This document shows positions 1 to 9,263 of a stretch of DNA of 64,000 nucleotides, piece by piece. Each line of letters begins with the position of its first letter. The first letter of the stretch is position 1. The stretch comes from a bacterium. GTDB lineage: Bacteria > UBA8248. Under the pieces are notes generated by a model. It had not been told where the DNA came from, did not search any database, and worked only from the letters and a program-made list of their open reading frames with translations. The stretch covers positions 224,001 to 288,000 of the forward strand of contig OZ241326.1 in NCBI GenBank assembly GCA_965199855.1. Direction: 5' to 3'. Both the position numbers and the translations under genes were made by a program.

Positions 1-571
1 CACCCCCATCTACCGCATGAGCTTCGTCGTCACCGCGCTTCTGGCCGTCTGGCTTCTGGGAGAGAGCGTCACGATTCCGAAAATCCTGGGCTTCCTGCTC
101 ACCGGCTGCGCCATCTTCGCGTTCTCGGATTACCGCCCCGGCGGCCTCCCGGCCGGGAAGCTCGCCTCCCTCCTCTGGGCCGCGGCGGCGATGATATCCG
201 TCGGTCTCGTGAACGTCATCTACAAGCTCGGCGTCTCGGGGGGCGTGGCACCGGTCATGTTCCTCCACAGCCAGTCGGTCTTCTTCATCGCCATCTCGCT
301 CCTCTACTCGTTCGCGGCGCAGGGCGGCCCCCGGTTCTCGAAAAAAGGCTGGGCGCACGCGATGGGCACCGCCGTCTGCTTCACGTTCGGGAACGTCTCG
401 CTGCTGGCCGCGCTGCGGGACGGGGAGGCCACCATCGTCACGCCGATCGCGCAGCTGAGCTTCATCGTCACCGCGTCCCTGGCCGTCTGGCGCCTGTCGG
501 AAAGGATGACGCCGCGGAAGTTCCTGGGGCTGGGCGCCACGGCGGGCGCCATCATCGCCTTCACGCCCTGA
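1..571 (+). CDS. EamA/DMT family transporter (5' end outside window)
   Basis: Hydrophobic multi-TM ORF with DMT-like motifs (GESVT..KILG, VTPIAQLSF...ERMT.RK.LG). The frame is open to the window edge (TPIYR before the Met at 17). Confidence 0.85.
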   Translation, partial: TPIYRMSFVVTALLAVWLLGESVTIPKILGFLLTGCAIFAFSDYRPGGLPAGKLASLLWAAAAMISVGLVNVIYKLGVSGGVAPVMFLHSQSVFFIAISLLYSFAAQGGPRFSKKGWAHAMGTAVCFTFGNVSLLAALRDGEATIVTPIAQLSFIVTASLAVWRLSERMTPRKFLGLGATAGAIIAFTP

Positions 572-630
572 GCGGACGCCCCCGCGCCGGGGTGAGCGGC
601 GCGCGCGAGGCGGGAGGCGCGCTCCTCGGC

Positions 631-2202
631 CTAGGGAGAGGCGGGGGAGACGGGCGGCCGCGCCACAGCAGCGCCCCGCTTCATCCGCCGCGCCCGAAGC
701 GCCTCCCGGCGCAGCGCCTCCACGTCCGCGCTCACGGCGTCCTTCAGGACGGCCACCGCGAGCGCCAGAGCGGCGTCCCCGCCCCTCGCGTCTCCCTCCC
801 GCGTCCGCCCGTAGAGCGACTTGCTCAGCGACTCGCCGCGCCTGCGCGCCTCCTCGCGGGAAAGCGGCGCGCCGGGCCCGGCCTCGACGTCGGGCCGGAT
901 GCCCTTCTCGTGAATCAGGCGGCCGAGAGGGGTGTAATACTTCGCCGTCGTCAGGCGGATCGCCGCCGCGCCGCTCGTGGGGATGATGGCCTGCACCGAA
1001 CCCTTGCCGAAGCTGGTTCTGCCGATGATCAGGGCGCGATCGGCGTCCTGCAGGGCGCCGGCCACGATTTCGGAGGCGCTCGCGCTGCCCTTGTTGATCA
1101 GCACCACCAGGGGCTTGTCGAGCCAGACGCCGTCCCGGCGGGACCTGAAATGCGCCGTTTCGCCGCGCTTGCGCCCCCGGGTGAAGACGACCATGCTCCC
1201 CTCCGGCAGAAACCTCTCCGAGACCTCGACGGAGGTTTCGAGAAAGCCGCCCGGGTTGTCGCGCAGATCCAGCACGATTCCCCGCGCCTTCCGGCGAATC
1301 AACTCGCTCAGGCCCTTGTCCAGCTCCCGCGTCGTGCGGGCGTGGAACGCCGCGATTCTCAGGTAGCCCACCCCGCCCTCCTTCACGTCCGTCCTCACGC
1401 TGCGAATGCGGATGATCGCGCGGCGCAGGATGATCTTCCTGGGCTTCTCCCAGCCCGCGCGCGATATGAGCAGCTCCACCGGCGCGCCCGCCGGCCCCCG
1501 CATGAGGCGCACGACCTTCGTGAGCGGCATGTCGGCCGTCGGCGCGCCGTCGATCTCCAGAATCACGTCCTCGGACTTGAGGCCGGCGCGAAAGGCGGGC
1601 GTGTCCTCAATCGGGGAGATGACGGTGAGCCTCTCGCTCCTTCGGGTGATGATGACCCCCACCCCCCCGTAGCGGCCCGCGTGCTCCACCCGCATCTGCC
1701 TGTAGGACTCGGGCGAGACGAACGCGCTGAAAGGGTCGAGCGAGGCCAGCATGGCGGAGAGGGCGGCGTACATGACGCGCAGCCCGCCCTTTTTCTCCTT
1801 CTCGGCCGCGGCGTTCTCCATCACGAACCGGTAGGCGCGCTCGAAGGCGCCCAGCCCGCCCTCGGCGTCTCCCGACAGGCGAACCCGCAGCTTCTTCTCC
1901 CGCGCGCTGAGGAGCACCTCGTCGCCCGCCTTCTCGGCGAAGTCGAACCGCTCTCCGCCCGCCTCCTTCTTCAGCCCCGCGAGGCCCGCGAGATACATCT
2001 TTCTGAAATCGGGCGTGCGCGCGTAATTGCCGTCCACGAGCCGCACGGTCTCGTGCAGGAGAGCGATGGCCTCTTCCCGCTCCCCCGGGAGCGGGAAGGC
2101 GAGGCTCGCGGAGAGCGCCGTCCCCAGGAGAAGGAGGCCGGCGGCGAGGCGGGCGCGGCGAAGGCCCGCCCGCGAAGAGCGGAAAAAGCGAATGCGCGGC
2201 AT
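631..2202 (-). CDS. ctpA: S41 family carboxyl-terminal processing protease (CtpA/Prc-like)
   Basis: LDPFS, PDZ (GVGV, PAFRAGL), LDLRDNPGG, SASASEIVAGALQD, GRTSFGKGSVQ, TTAKYYTP; N-terminal signal-like segment. Start approximate. Confidence 0.92.
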   Translation of the reverse strand: MPRIRFFRSSRAGLRRARLAAGLLLLGTALSASLAFPLPGEREEAIALLHETVRLVDGNYARTPDFRKMYLAGLAGLKKEAGGERFDFAEKAGDEVLLSAREKKLRVRLSGDAEGGLGAFERAYRFVMENAAAEKEKKGGLRVMYAALSAMLASLDPFSAFVSPESYRQMRVEHAGRYGGVGVIITRRSERLTVISPIEDTPAFRAGLKSEDVILEIDGAPTADMPLTKVVRLMRGPAGAPVELLISRAGWEKPRKIILRRAIIRIRSVRTDVKEGGVGYLRIAAFHARTTRELDKGLSELIRRKARGIVLDLRDNPGGFLETSVEVSERFLPEGSMVVFTRGRKRGETAHFRSRRDGVWLDKPLVVLINKGSASASEIVAGALQDADRALIIGRTSFGKGSVQAIIPTSGAAAIRLTTAKYYTPLGRLIHEKGIRPDVEAGPGAPLSREEARRRGESLSKSLYGRTREGDARGGDAALALAVAVLKDAVSADVEALRREALRARRMKRGAAVARPPVSPASP

Positions 2203-2316
2203 CGACACGGGCGCTTCCAGTCGTTTAGGGTCCATGGGACGCCTTGGCGGCCAAGGCATCATAGCACGGCCGGCGGGCGCGTCCGCCCCCCGGTTTCAGC
2301 GAGAGGAATCAGGGAG

Positions 2317-3000
2317 ATGATCTCCATCGTCGTGCCCGTCCTGAACGAGGCGCCGCGCCTGCCCGCCCTGCTCGACATGCTCGAGGCGCAGCCCGGGGAG
2401 AAGCAGATCATCCTGGCGGACGGCGGAAGCGCGGACGGCACGCGGGAGCTGGCGGAAGGGCGCGCCCTCATCGCGCAGTCCGCGCCCGGCCGCGCGCGCC
2501 AGATGAACGCGGGCGCGGCGAAGGCCCGGGGGGAGACGATTCTTTTTCTCCACTGCGACACGCGGCTGCCCGAGGGCGCGCTGGCGGAAATCGAGGCGCT
2601 CACGCGCGCGGGCGAGGCGGCGGGCGGGGGCTTCCTCCACAGCTTCGACCGCGAGGACCGCTTCAGCCGCTTCATCAGCCTGATCGCCGGCGCGCGGACG
2701 AAGGCGACGGGGATTTTCCTGGGGGATCAGGCCATCTTCGTCCGGCGGACGGTCTTCGAGCGCATGGGCGGCTACGCCGACATGCCCGTGTTCGAGGACT
2801 GGGAGTTCAGCCGGAGGATGCGCACGTTCGGGCGCGTCGCCGTCGTCGAGGGGCCCGTCGTCACGAGCGGGCGGCGCATCGACGCCTGGGGCAAGCCCCG
2901 GTGCCTGCTCATCTGGTGGGGGCTGAGTCTCCTCTACGCCCTGGGCGTCCCCCCGGAGAGGCTCGCCCGCTGCTACGCCCACGTGCGCGACGCGGAATAG
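2317..3000 (+). CDS. GT2 glycosyltransferase, TIGR04283-like (arsenosugar/rSAM-associated)
   Basis: MISIVVPVLNE, DGGSAD, GRARQMNAGA, LFLHCD, GDQAIF, FEDWEF, TSGRR; ATG at 2317 preceded by GAGG/GGAG. Confidence 0.85.
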   Translation: MISIVVPVLNEAPRLPALLDMLEAQPGEKQIILADGGSADGTRELAEGRALIAQSAPGRARQMNAGAAKARGETILFLHCDTRLPEGALAEIEALTRAGEAAGGGFLHSFDREDRFSRFISLIAGARTKATGIFLGDQAIFVRRTVFERMGGYADMPVFEDWEFSRRMRTFGRVAVVEGPVVTSGRRIDAWGKPRCLLIWWGLSLLYALGVPPERLARCYAHVRDAE

Positions 3001-3060
3001 GACGGGAAAACCGGCGATCCGGCCAATCGGGGCGATCGGGGCGATGACATGCTCGACGCG

Positions 3061-3159
3061 CGCCATTCCCGGCGTCAATCCCGCAAGGCGGAGGGATTGC
3101 GGAATCCGTTGTTTTCCCGCCGATCCCGGATTGCGGCTTCCGCCGCAATGACGATGAAA
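3061..3159. repeat. Palindromic CGTC-type repeat variant (related copy at ~42047-42170)
   Basis: GGATTGCGGAATCCGT..TTTTCCCG..CCCGGATTGCGG is shared with 42082-42125; terminal hairpin ATTGCGGC-TTCC-GCCGCAAT-GACG. Confidence 0.7.
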
Positions 3160-3290
3160 GGCGAAATGTCCTTCAGCGCGCGTCAAACATTTTGTCGCCC
3201 GCGTAAAAACCCCCGGAATGTCACTCGCCAAAAATGCTCGCTCATGGCATGGTGGCGAAACCATAATCAGCCCAAAGGCGGACTTTACAA

Positions 3291-5357
3291 GTGCGATTCG
3301 CGGTCGATACGGGCGGAACCTTCACCGACCTCGTTCTGGAGGACGAGCGGGGCCGCCTGCGGATGTTCAAGGCGCCCACGACGCCGCAGGACCCGGTGGA
3401 GGGCATTCTCGCGGCGGTGGAGGCGGCCGCCGACGCCCTCGCCACGACGAGCACCGACCTGCTCGCGCGCGGCGAGCTCTTCATCCACGGCACCACCCGC
3501 GCCACCAACGCCATCGTGACGGGCGAGACCGCCCGAACCGCCTTTCTCACCACGAAGGGACACCCCGACATTCTCGTGCTGCGCGAGGGCGGGCGGTTGG
3601 AGCCGTTCAACTTCCTCGTTCCGTTCCCGAAGCCCTACGTCCCGCGCGCCCTCACCTTCGAGGTGCCCGAGCGCGTCGGCGCGGACGGAAGCGTCTATGA
3701 GCCGCTGGACGAGGCGGGCGTTCTCGCCGTCATCGAGGAGCTCCGGGAGAAAAAGGCGGAGGCCGTGGCCGTCTCCCTGCTGTGGTCCACCGTGAACCCC
3801 GCGCACGAGATCGGCGTGGGGAAGCTGCTGGAAAAGCACCTGCCGGGCGTTCCCTTCACCCTCTCCCACGTTCTCAACCCGATTCTGCGCGAATACCGGC
3901 GGGCGTCCTCCGCCTGCATCGACGCCTCCCTGAAGCCCCTCATGTCGCGCTACGTCGGCGGGCTTCAGGAGCGGCTCAAAAAGGCGGGCTTCGGCGGCCG
4001 CCTGCTCATGCTGACCTCCAAGGGCGGCGTCATGGACGCGGCCGAGCTCGCGGCGGCGCCCATCCACTCGGTCGGCTCGGGGCCCTCGATGGCGCCCATC
4101 GCGGGCAGGCACTTCTCCCGCGCCGACGCGCGCGCGGCCACGGCCATCGTGGCCGACACCGGCGGCACCACCTACGACGTGAGCCTCGTGCGCCGCGGCG
4201 AGATACCCATGACGCCCGAAACCTGGCTCGGCCAGCGCTACCGGGGGCACATTCTGGGCTTCCCCTCCGTGGACGTGAAGAGCATCGGCGCGGGCGGGGG
4301 GAGCATCGCCTGGGTGGACGAGGGGGGCCTCCTTCACGTGGGGCCGCAGAGCGCGGGCGCGGCGCCCGGGCCCGCCTGCTACGGCCGGGGAGGAACGCGC
4401 CCCACCCTCACGGACGCCTCCCTGGTGCTGGGCCACATCGACCCGGACTACTTCCTGGGCGGGGCGATGACGCTCAGCCTCGAGGAGGCCCGCAAGGCCG
4501 TCGCCGAGGGCGTGGCCGAACCCCTGGGTCTCGCCCTTCAGGAGGCGGCCTCGGCCATCCTGCGGCTGGCGACGGAGAACATGGTGGGGGCGATCGAGGA
4601 GATCACCATCCACCAGGGCATCGACCCCCGGGGCGCCGTTCTCATCGGCGGCGGCGGCGCGGCGGGGCTGAACTCCGTCGCCATCGCCAGACGGCTGGGC
4701 TGCAGGAGCCTCGTGATTCCCGAGGTCGGCGCCGCGCTCTCGGCGGCGGGGGCGATGATGAGCGACCTGCACGCCGACCATCGCTCGATGTTCTTCACCG
4801 CGACGGACAGGTTCGACTTCAAGGGGGCGAACGCGGCGCTCCGGAAGCTGGGCGAGCGGTGCCGCGCCTTCATCCGGGGCCCGGGAAAAGGAGCGGTGGA
4901 GAGCGCGGTCGAGTTCTACGTCGAGGCGCGCTACAAGCACCAGATCTGGGAGATCGACCTGCCGCTTCCGGTCAGCCGCTTCGGCTCGAAGAAGGACGTC
5001 GCGCGCGTCCGCGCGGCGTTCGACCAGGCGCACGAGGAGGTGTTCGCCTTCCGCGATCCCTCCTCCGAGGTGGAGTTCGTGGGCTGGCGCGCCGTGGCGA
5101 GGTGCAGGCTCAGGAAGCACCGCTTCGGCAGGCTCGGCGGGGAGGAGGCGCGCGGGGCGAAGCTTCCCGGCAGGCGCAGGGCCTTCTTCGAGGGCAGGGG
5201 GGAGGTGAACGCCCGCGTCCTGGCGTTCGACGCCATGAAGCCGGGCACCGCCGCGCGGGGCCCCGCCATCGTCGAGTCGCCCTTCACGACGGTGGTGATA
5301 GACCCGGGCGCCCGCGCCGAGCGAACGAGAAGCGGAAGCCTCCTCATCACGCTTTAA
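3291..5357 (+). CDS. hyuA: Hydantoinase/oxoprolinase subunit A
   Basis: VDTGGTFTD, HGTTRATNA, REYRRAS, DTGGTTYDVS, IGAGGGSIAW, GPQSAGAAPGPACYGRGG. Confidence 0.92.
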   Translation: MRFAVDTGGTFTDLVLEDERGRLRMFKAPTTPQDPVEGILAAVEAAADALATTSTDLLARGELFIHGTTRATNAIVTGETARTAFLTTKGHPDILVLREGGRLEPFNFLVPFPKPYVPRALTFEVPERVGADGSVYEPLDEAGVLAVIEELREKKAEAVAVSLLWSTVNPAHEIGVGKLLEKHLPGVPFTLSHVLNPILREYRRASSACIDASLKPLMSRYVGGLQERLKKAGFGGRLLMLTSKGGVMDAAELAAAPIHSVGSGPSMAPIAGRHFSRADARAATAIVADTGGTTYDVSLVRRGEIPMTPETWLGQRYRGHILGFPSVDVKSIGAGGGSIAWVDEGGLLHVGPQSAGAAPGPACYGRGGTRPTLTDASLVLGHIDPDYFLGGAMTLSLEEARKAVAEGVAEPLGLALQEAASAILRLATENMVGAIEEITIHQGIDPRGAVLIGGGGAAGLNSVAIARRLGCRSLVIPEVGAALSAAGAMMSDLHADHRSMFFTATDRFDFKGANAALRKLGERCRAFIRGPGKGAVESAVEFYVEARYKHQIWEIDLPLPVSRFGSKKDVARVRAAFDQAHEEVFAFRDPSSEVEFVGWRAVARCRLRKHRFGRLGGEEARGAKLPGRRRAFFEGRGEVNARVLAFDAMKPGTAARGPAIVESPFTTVVIDPGARAERTRSGSLLITL

Positions 5358-5368
5358 GGAGCGGCGGC

Positions 5369-7186
5369 ATGGCGAGAGCAAGAGCGAAGGCGCGGCGCAA
5401 GAGCGGACTCGACCCCGTCACCCTGGCCGTGCTCCACAAGCGCTTCGACGCCGTGACGACGAAGATGGCGAACACCCTGCTGCGAACGGGGCGATCGGGC
5501 GTGCTGAACCTCGCGCGCGACTTCTCCACCTCCGTCGTCACGCGCGAGTGCGAGCTGCTGACGGGTGCGGAATCCCTGCCCATCCACCACCTGAGCGGGG
5601 CGGACCTCATGGCGCGCTCGATGATGGAGATGCACCCCCGCCTGAAGCGAGGCGACGCCTACCTCCACAACTCCCCCTATCACGGCTGCTCGCACCCGGC
5701 GGATCACACCATCCTCGTCCCCGTCATCGACGGGCGGGGCGCGCACCGGTTCACCGTGTGGGTCAAGGCGCATCAGGCGGACTGCGGATGCAGCCAGCCC
5801 ACCACCTACATGGGCCACGCCCGCGACGTGTACGAGGAGGGCGCGCTCATCTTCCCGCCCACGAAGGTGCAGGAGAACTACGAGGACAACGAGGACTTCA
5901 TCAACTTCTGCCGGATGCGGATTCGCGTGCCCGAGCAGTGGTACGGCGATTATCTGGCGATGATAGGGGCGGCGCGCATCGGCGAGCGCGAGGTCCTCGC
6001 CATGGGCGAGGAATACGGCTGGGAGACGCTCCACGCCTTCTCGCGGGAGTGGTTCGACTACAGCGAGAAGCTCATGATCGCCGCCATCCGCAAGCTGCCC
6101 TCGGGCCGCGCAACGGCGCGCAGCGCGCACGATCCCGTGCCGGGGACGCCGGAGGAGGGCATCCCCATCACCGCCCGCGTGGAAATCGACGGCGCGAAGG
6201 CGACCATCGAGGTGGACCTGCGCGACAACCCCGACGCCATGCCCTGCGGGCTGAACCTGAGCGAGGCGTGCGCGCGCACGGGCGCGATGATCGGCGTGTT
6301 CAACAGCATCGACGACGTCGTTCCCACCAACGCGGGCAGCTTCCGCCGCGTGAAGGTGCATATCCGCGAGGGCTCCGTGGCCGGCGGGGGAAAGCACCCC
6401 ACCTCCATGTCGGTCGCCACCACGAACCTCGCCGACCGCGTGACGAATCCCGTCCAGCGCGCCTTCTCGAAGATACAGGACGGCATCGGGCTGGCGGAGT
6501 GCGGGCCCATCTTCCCCGCCTCGATGGGCGTCATCTCGGGCTTCGACCCCAGAAACGAGGGCGAGCCGTTCGTGAACCACCTCTTTCTCATGGTCACCGG
6601 AGGGGCGGGGGCGGGCAAGACGGACGCCTGGCTCACCATCCTCCACGCGGGAAACGCCGGCATGTGCTTCGTGGACAGCGTCGAGCTGGACGAGCTCCAC
6701 TTTCCCATCTACATCAAAACCCGGCGGCTGGTCCCGGACACCGAGGGGGCGGGGCGCACGACGGGCGCCCCCTCCGGCTACTGCGAATACGGCCCCGTGG
6801 GCGGGGGGGATCTGGAAGTCGTCTATGTGTCCGACGGAGCCGTCAACGCCGCCAAGGGGACGCGGGGCGGCCTGAACGGGGCGGTCTGCAAGAATTACCT
6901 CATGCGCGCGGACGGGACGCTCGAGGACTTGCCCGCCTGCGCGGACATCATCCTGAAGCCCGGCGAGAACGTGGCCTCCTACTGCACGGGCGGCGGCGGC
7001 TACGGCCCCCCGCACGAGCGGCCCGCCGACAAGGTGCGCGAGGACGTGGAGGAGAAATGGATCACCAAGGAGCGCGCCTGGGAAGTCTATGGCGTCGCCC
7101 TGGACGCGCAGGGCCGGGTGGACGGGGCGAGGACGGAGCGGAGGAGGAAGAAGCTGCGGAAGGAACAGGCGGCCGGCGCGCGGTAG
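5369..7186 (+). CDS. hyuB: Hydantoinase B/oxoprolinase family protein
   Basis: LDPVTLAV, RTGRSGVL..ARDFS, NSPYHGCSHPAD, YEEG, GGGGYGPP; AAGGAG RBS directly after hyuA. Confidence 0.92.
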   Translation: MARARAKARRKSGLDPVTLAVLHKRFDAVTTKMANTLLRTGRSGVLNLARDFSTSVVTRECELLTGAESLPIHHLSGADLMARSMMEMHPRLKRGDAYLHNSPYHGCSHPADHTILVPVIDGRGAHRFTVWVKAHQADCGCSQPTTYMGHARDVYEEGALIFPPTKVQENYEDNEDFINFCRMRIRVPEQWYGDYLAMIGAARIGEREVLAMGEEYGWETLHAFSREWFDYSEKLMIAAIRKLPSGRATARSAHDPVPGTPEEGIPITARVEIDGAKATIEVDLRDNPDAMPCGLNLSEACARTGAMIGVFNSIDDVVPTNAGSFRRVKVHIREGSVAGGGKHPTSMSVATTNLADRVTNPVQRAFSKIQDGIGLAECGPIFPASMGVISGFDPRNEGEPFVNHLFLMVTGGAGAGKTDAWLTILHAGNAGMCFVDSVELDELHFPIYIKTRRLVPDTEGAGRTTGAPSGYCEYGPVGGGDLEVVYVSDGAVNAAKGTRGGLNGAVCKNYLMRADGTLEDLPACADIILKPGENVASYCTGGGGYGPPHERPADKVREDVEEKWITKERAWEVYGVALDAQGRVDGARTERRRKKLRKEQAAGAR

Positions 7187-7690
7187 GGGACGCATATATG
7201 CGTCCCGTTGCGGAACGGCCGGATTTTCTCCCCGCCGTCATTCCGGCGAAGGCCGGAATCCAGGCCGGACGAATTCCTGCTCCCTTCTGGATTCCCGCTT
7301 TCGCGGGAATGACGATCAAACGCGAAGGGACGCATATTCGCGCCCCCCGCAAAAGATCACCCATCCCCGTAGGGGGCGTTCGTGAACGCCCCGCGTTCTC
7401 CGGCGCGAATGGCTCCTGAAAACGGGCGGTTCCCGAACCGCCCCCCTGCGACATCCTCTCGGCCTCGTCTCATCCATCGCTCATCAGCGCGCGGGTTGCG
7501 CCGTCATTCCCGCGAAAGCGGGAATCCAGGGCGGACGGGAAAGGGCGAAAGACGCGCGAATAACGGCCATCCGATTCAGCTCGGCGGGATCGCCTCGCGC
7601 TACGCCCCTCCGCCGGATGCTGGATTCCGGCTTCCGCCGGAATGACGATCAAAAGACAAAGGCGAAGGGACGCATATATGCGTCCCCTAC
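7183..7690. repeat. Composite REP/BIME-like cluster (GTAG- and CGTC-tagged palindromes)
   Basis: GTAGGGGACGCATATATGCGTCCC 7183; CGTCATTCCGGCGAAGGCCGGAATCCAG 7236; CTGGATTCCCGCTTTCGCGGGAATGACG 7287; GTAGGGGGCGTTCGTGAACGCCCC 7369; GGGCGGTTCCCGAACCGCCC ~7424; CGTCATTCCCGCGAAAGCGGGAATCCAG 7502; CTGGATTCCGGCTTCCGCCGGAATGACG 7620; GGGACGCATATATGCGTCCCCTAC ending 7690. Confidence 0.9.
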
Positions 7691-7706
7691 ATCCCTTCCC
7701 GCGTCC

Positions 7707-8078
7707 CTATCGCCGATCATGGCGCGCGACCCGCTTTCTGCGGCGCGCCCGCTTCTGATAGGCGAGGCTGGGCCAATAGGATGTAAGCACCACGCCGCCC
7801 ACGGCGACGACCTGGAGTCCCCTCAGACGCTCAAGGCGTTGAATCCTCCGCTTCAAAGCACGTTCAAATCGTTGCTTCCCGCCCTTCAAACTACGTTCGA
7901 TCTGTCGGAACCTGCGCTTCAAATCGTCGATTTCGCGCCTTACGTCCCTGTCTTTCATAAAATAGGCGTCCGGGGCGATCTTCGTTCCGCAACGCATGAC
8001 CAGCTCGATATCCTCATTGCGAATCGCTCGCTGGCTCATGCGGGTCCGGGCGTGAGGGGAAATTTTGTATTCAAACAT
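7707..8078 (-). CDS. DUF4258-like small basic protein (putative RelE-like toxin)
   Basis: ISPHARTRMSQRAI..EDIELVMRCG N-terminus and LQVVAVGGVVLTSY C-terminus. The ATG overlaps the upstream stop (ATGTTTGA) and has a GAAGGAG RBS. Confidence 0.7.
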   Translation of the reverse strand: MFEYKISPHARTRMSQRAIRNEDIELVMRCGTKIAPDAYFMKDRDVRREIDDLKRRFRQIERSLKGGKQRFERALKRRIQRLERLRGLQVVAVGGVVLTSYWPSLAYQKRARRRKRVARHDRR

Positions 8079-9018
8079 TGTTCGTGTCTCCTTCTTCCAG
8101 GGAAATTTTGACAATCATTGAGCTTTCGTACTCGTCCCAGACCTCATCAGGCACTTTCGCCTCCAGCCATTTGACGCGCTTCGCTACGGTATCTTTGGCC
8201 TCGCCGCGCAATTCTTCCGGGATTTGAGTGATCCGAACATAACGACGAGTAAGGGCGTAGTCGGCGCGAAGGGAGCCGCCTGAGAGGCTTTCGCGGAATT
8301 TTTTGAATAGGCGAGCTTTGTAGTATCCGCTATGTCCACTATCTAGCTCGTGTGCAGGCTCATACAGGATTTCTTCGTGGTTGATTGCATCGTTATCACC
8401 CAAGTTTTTCACTTGTTCGACCAAAAAGTCGGAGAAGGGGCTTCGGCCTCCGTCGCCATCCCAGTAGCCATCTCTCCATTTACCTATGCGTGCACCGAAC
8501 ACATCCCGAGTGTCAATGGATTCTTTGTCAGCGTCCGAATACGGCCAAGCGAACTCGGGAAGGTATTCGGGCAGGGCCTCGTTGGCAGATTCCGCGGCCT
8601 CCCGCGCTTTCTCAAGACGCCGGCGGCGATCGGCGAGACTCATCTCCGCCAGCAGGGTGAAAAGGAGCGGTGCCGCATGGATGAGCGACTTCATGTCAAA
8701 GCCGTATTCCTTCTCCACCAAATCGTAGGCGAGGAGCGTTTCGCCATCCAGGAGCAGCTTAATCGGTAACAAGCCGAGCTTTCCGAGCTCTTCCCTTCGC
8801 GCTTCTTCGGATTCAGGCTCTTTGGCGAGAACCTCAACATCCTTGACGCGCAGGGCATTGGCGAGTTCCCGGGCCGTGTTTTCCCGCGTCTCCCCTCCCT
8901 TGCCGGTCTCAATGCGGGCGATGGTCTTCTTGGCGACGCCCGACGCTTCCGCCAGCGTCTCCTGGCTGAATCCCCTCCCGTTGCGCAACATCTTCAAAGT
9001 CTCCGGGTTGATTCGCAT
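8071..9018 (-). CDS. XRE-family HTH protein with large acidic C-terminal domain
   Basis: LKMLRNGRGFSQETLAEASGVAKKTIARIETG..TARELANAL HTH; GGAG RBS before the ATG at 9018; lower GC than flanks. Confidence 0.85.
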   Translation of the reverse strand: MRINPETLKMLRNGRGFSQETLAEASGVAKKTIARIETGKGGETRENTARELANALRVKDVEVLAKEPESEEARREELGKLGLLPIKLLLDGETLLAYDLVEKEYGFDMKSLIHAAPLLFTLLAEMSLADRRRRLEKAREAAESANEALPEYLPEFAWPYSDADKESIDTRDVFGARIGKWRDGYWDGDGGRSPFSDFLVEQVKNLGDNDAINHEEILYEPAHELDSGHSGYYKARLFKKFRESLSGGSLRADYALTRRYVRITQIPEELRGEAKDTVAKRVKWLEAKVPDEVWDEYESSMIVKISLEEGDTNNV

Positions 9019-9063
9019 CGCGGTCTCCATGTTGAAAACCCCAACAATCTTCATGCTCCCGGC

Positions 9064-9093
9064 AATATAACCCCAAAAAACAGAGTTTGTCAA
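9064..9093 (-). promoter_or_regulatory. sigma70-like promoter of the XRE operon
   Basis: TTGACA (9093-9088), 18-nt spacer, TATATT (9069-9064); AACCCCAA direct repeat at 9037 and 9069. Confidence 0.7.
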
Positions 9094-9142
9094 GACCCAC
9101 GAAGAAAAATTTCGGTGCATAATATCCCTAAACTGGCTTTTT

Positions 9143-9262
9143 TATGTCCCTATACGGGTTTGTATGTCCCTATACGGGTTTGTATGTCCCTATACGGGTT
9201 TGTATGTCCCTATACGGGTTTGTATGTCCCTATACGGGTTTGTATGTCCCTATACGGGTTTG
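9143..9262 (+). repeat. Perfect tandem repeat, 6 x 20 bp (TATGTCCCTATACGGGTTTG)
   Basis: Six identical units with no spacers; a degenerate unit lies at ~9123-9142. Confidence 0.97.
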
Positions 9263-9263
9263 C

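Noticed and set aside
592-2316. Long Arg/Gly/Ala-rich ORFs (e.g. the 802-, 1134-, 1005- and 834-aa track entries)
   Set aside because: Shadow frames typical of high-GC DNA. Only the C-terminal parts matching real families were kept, where present.
9143-9262. CRISPR array
   Set aside because: The units are contiguous with no unique spacers, and there are no cas genes.
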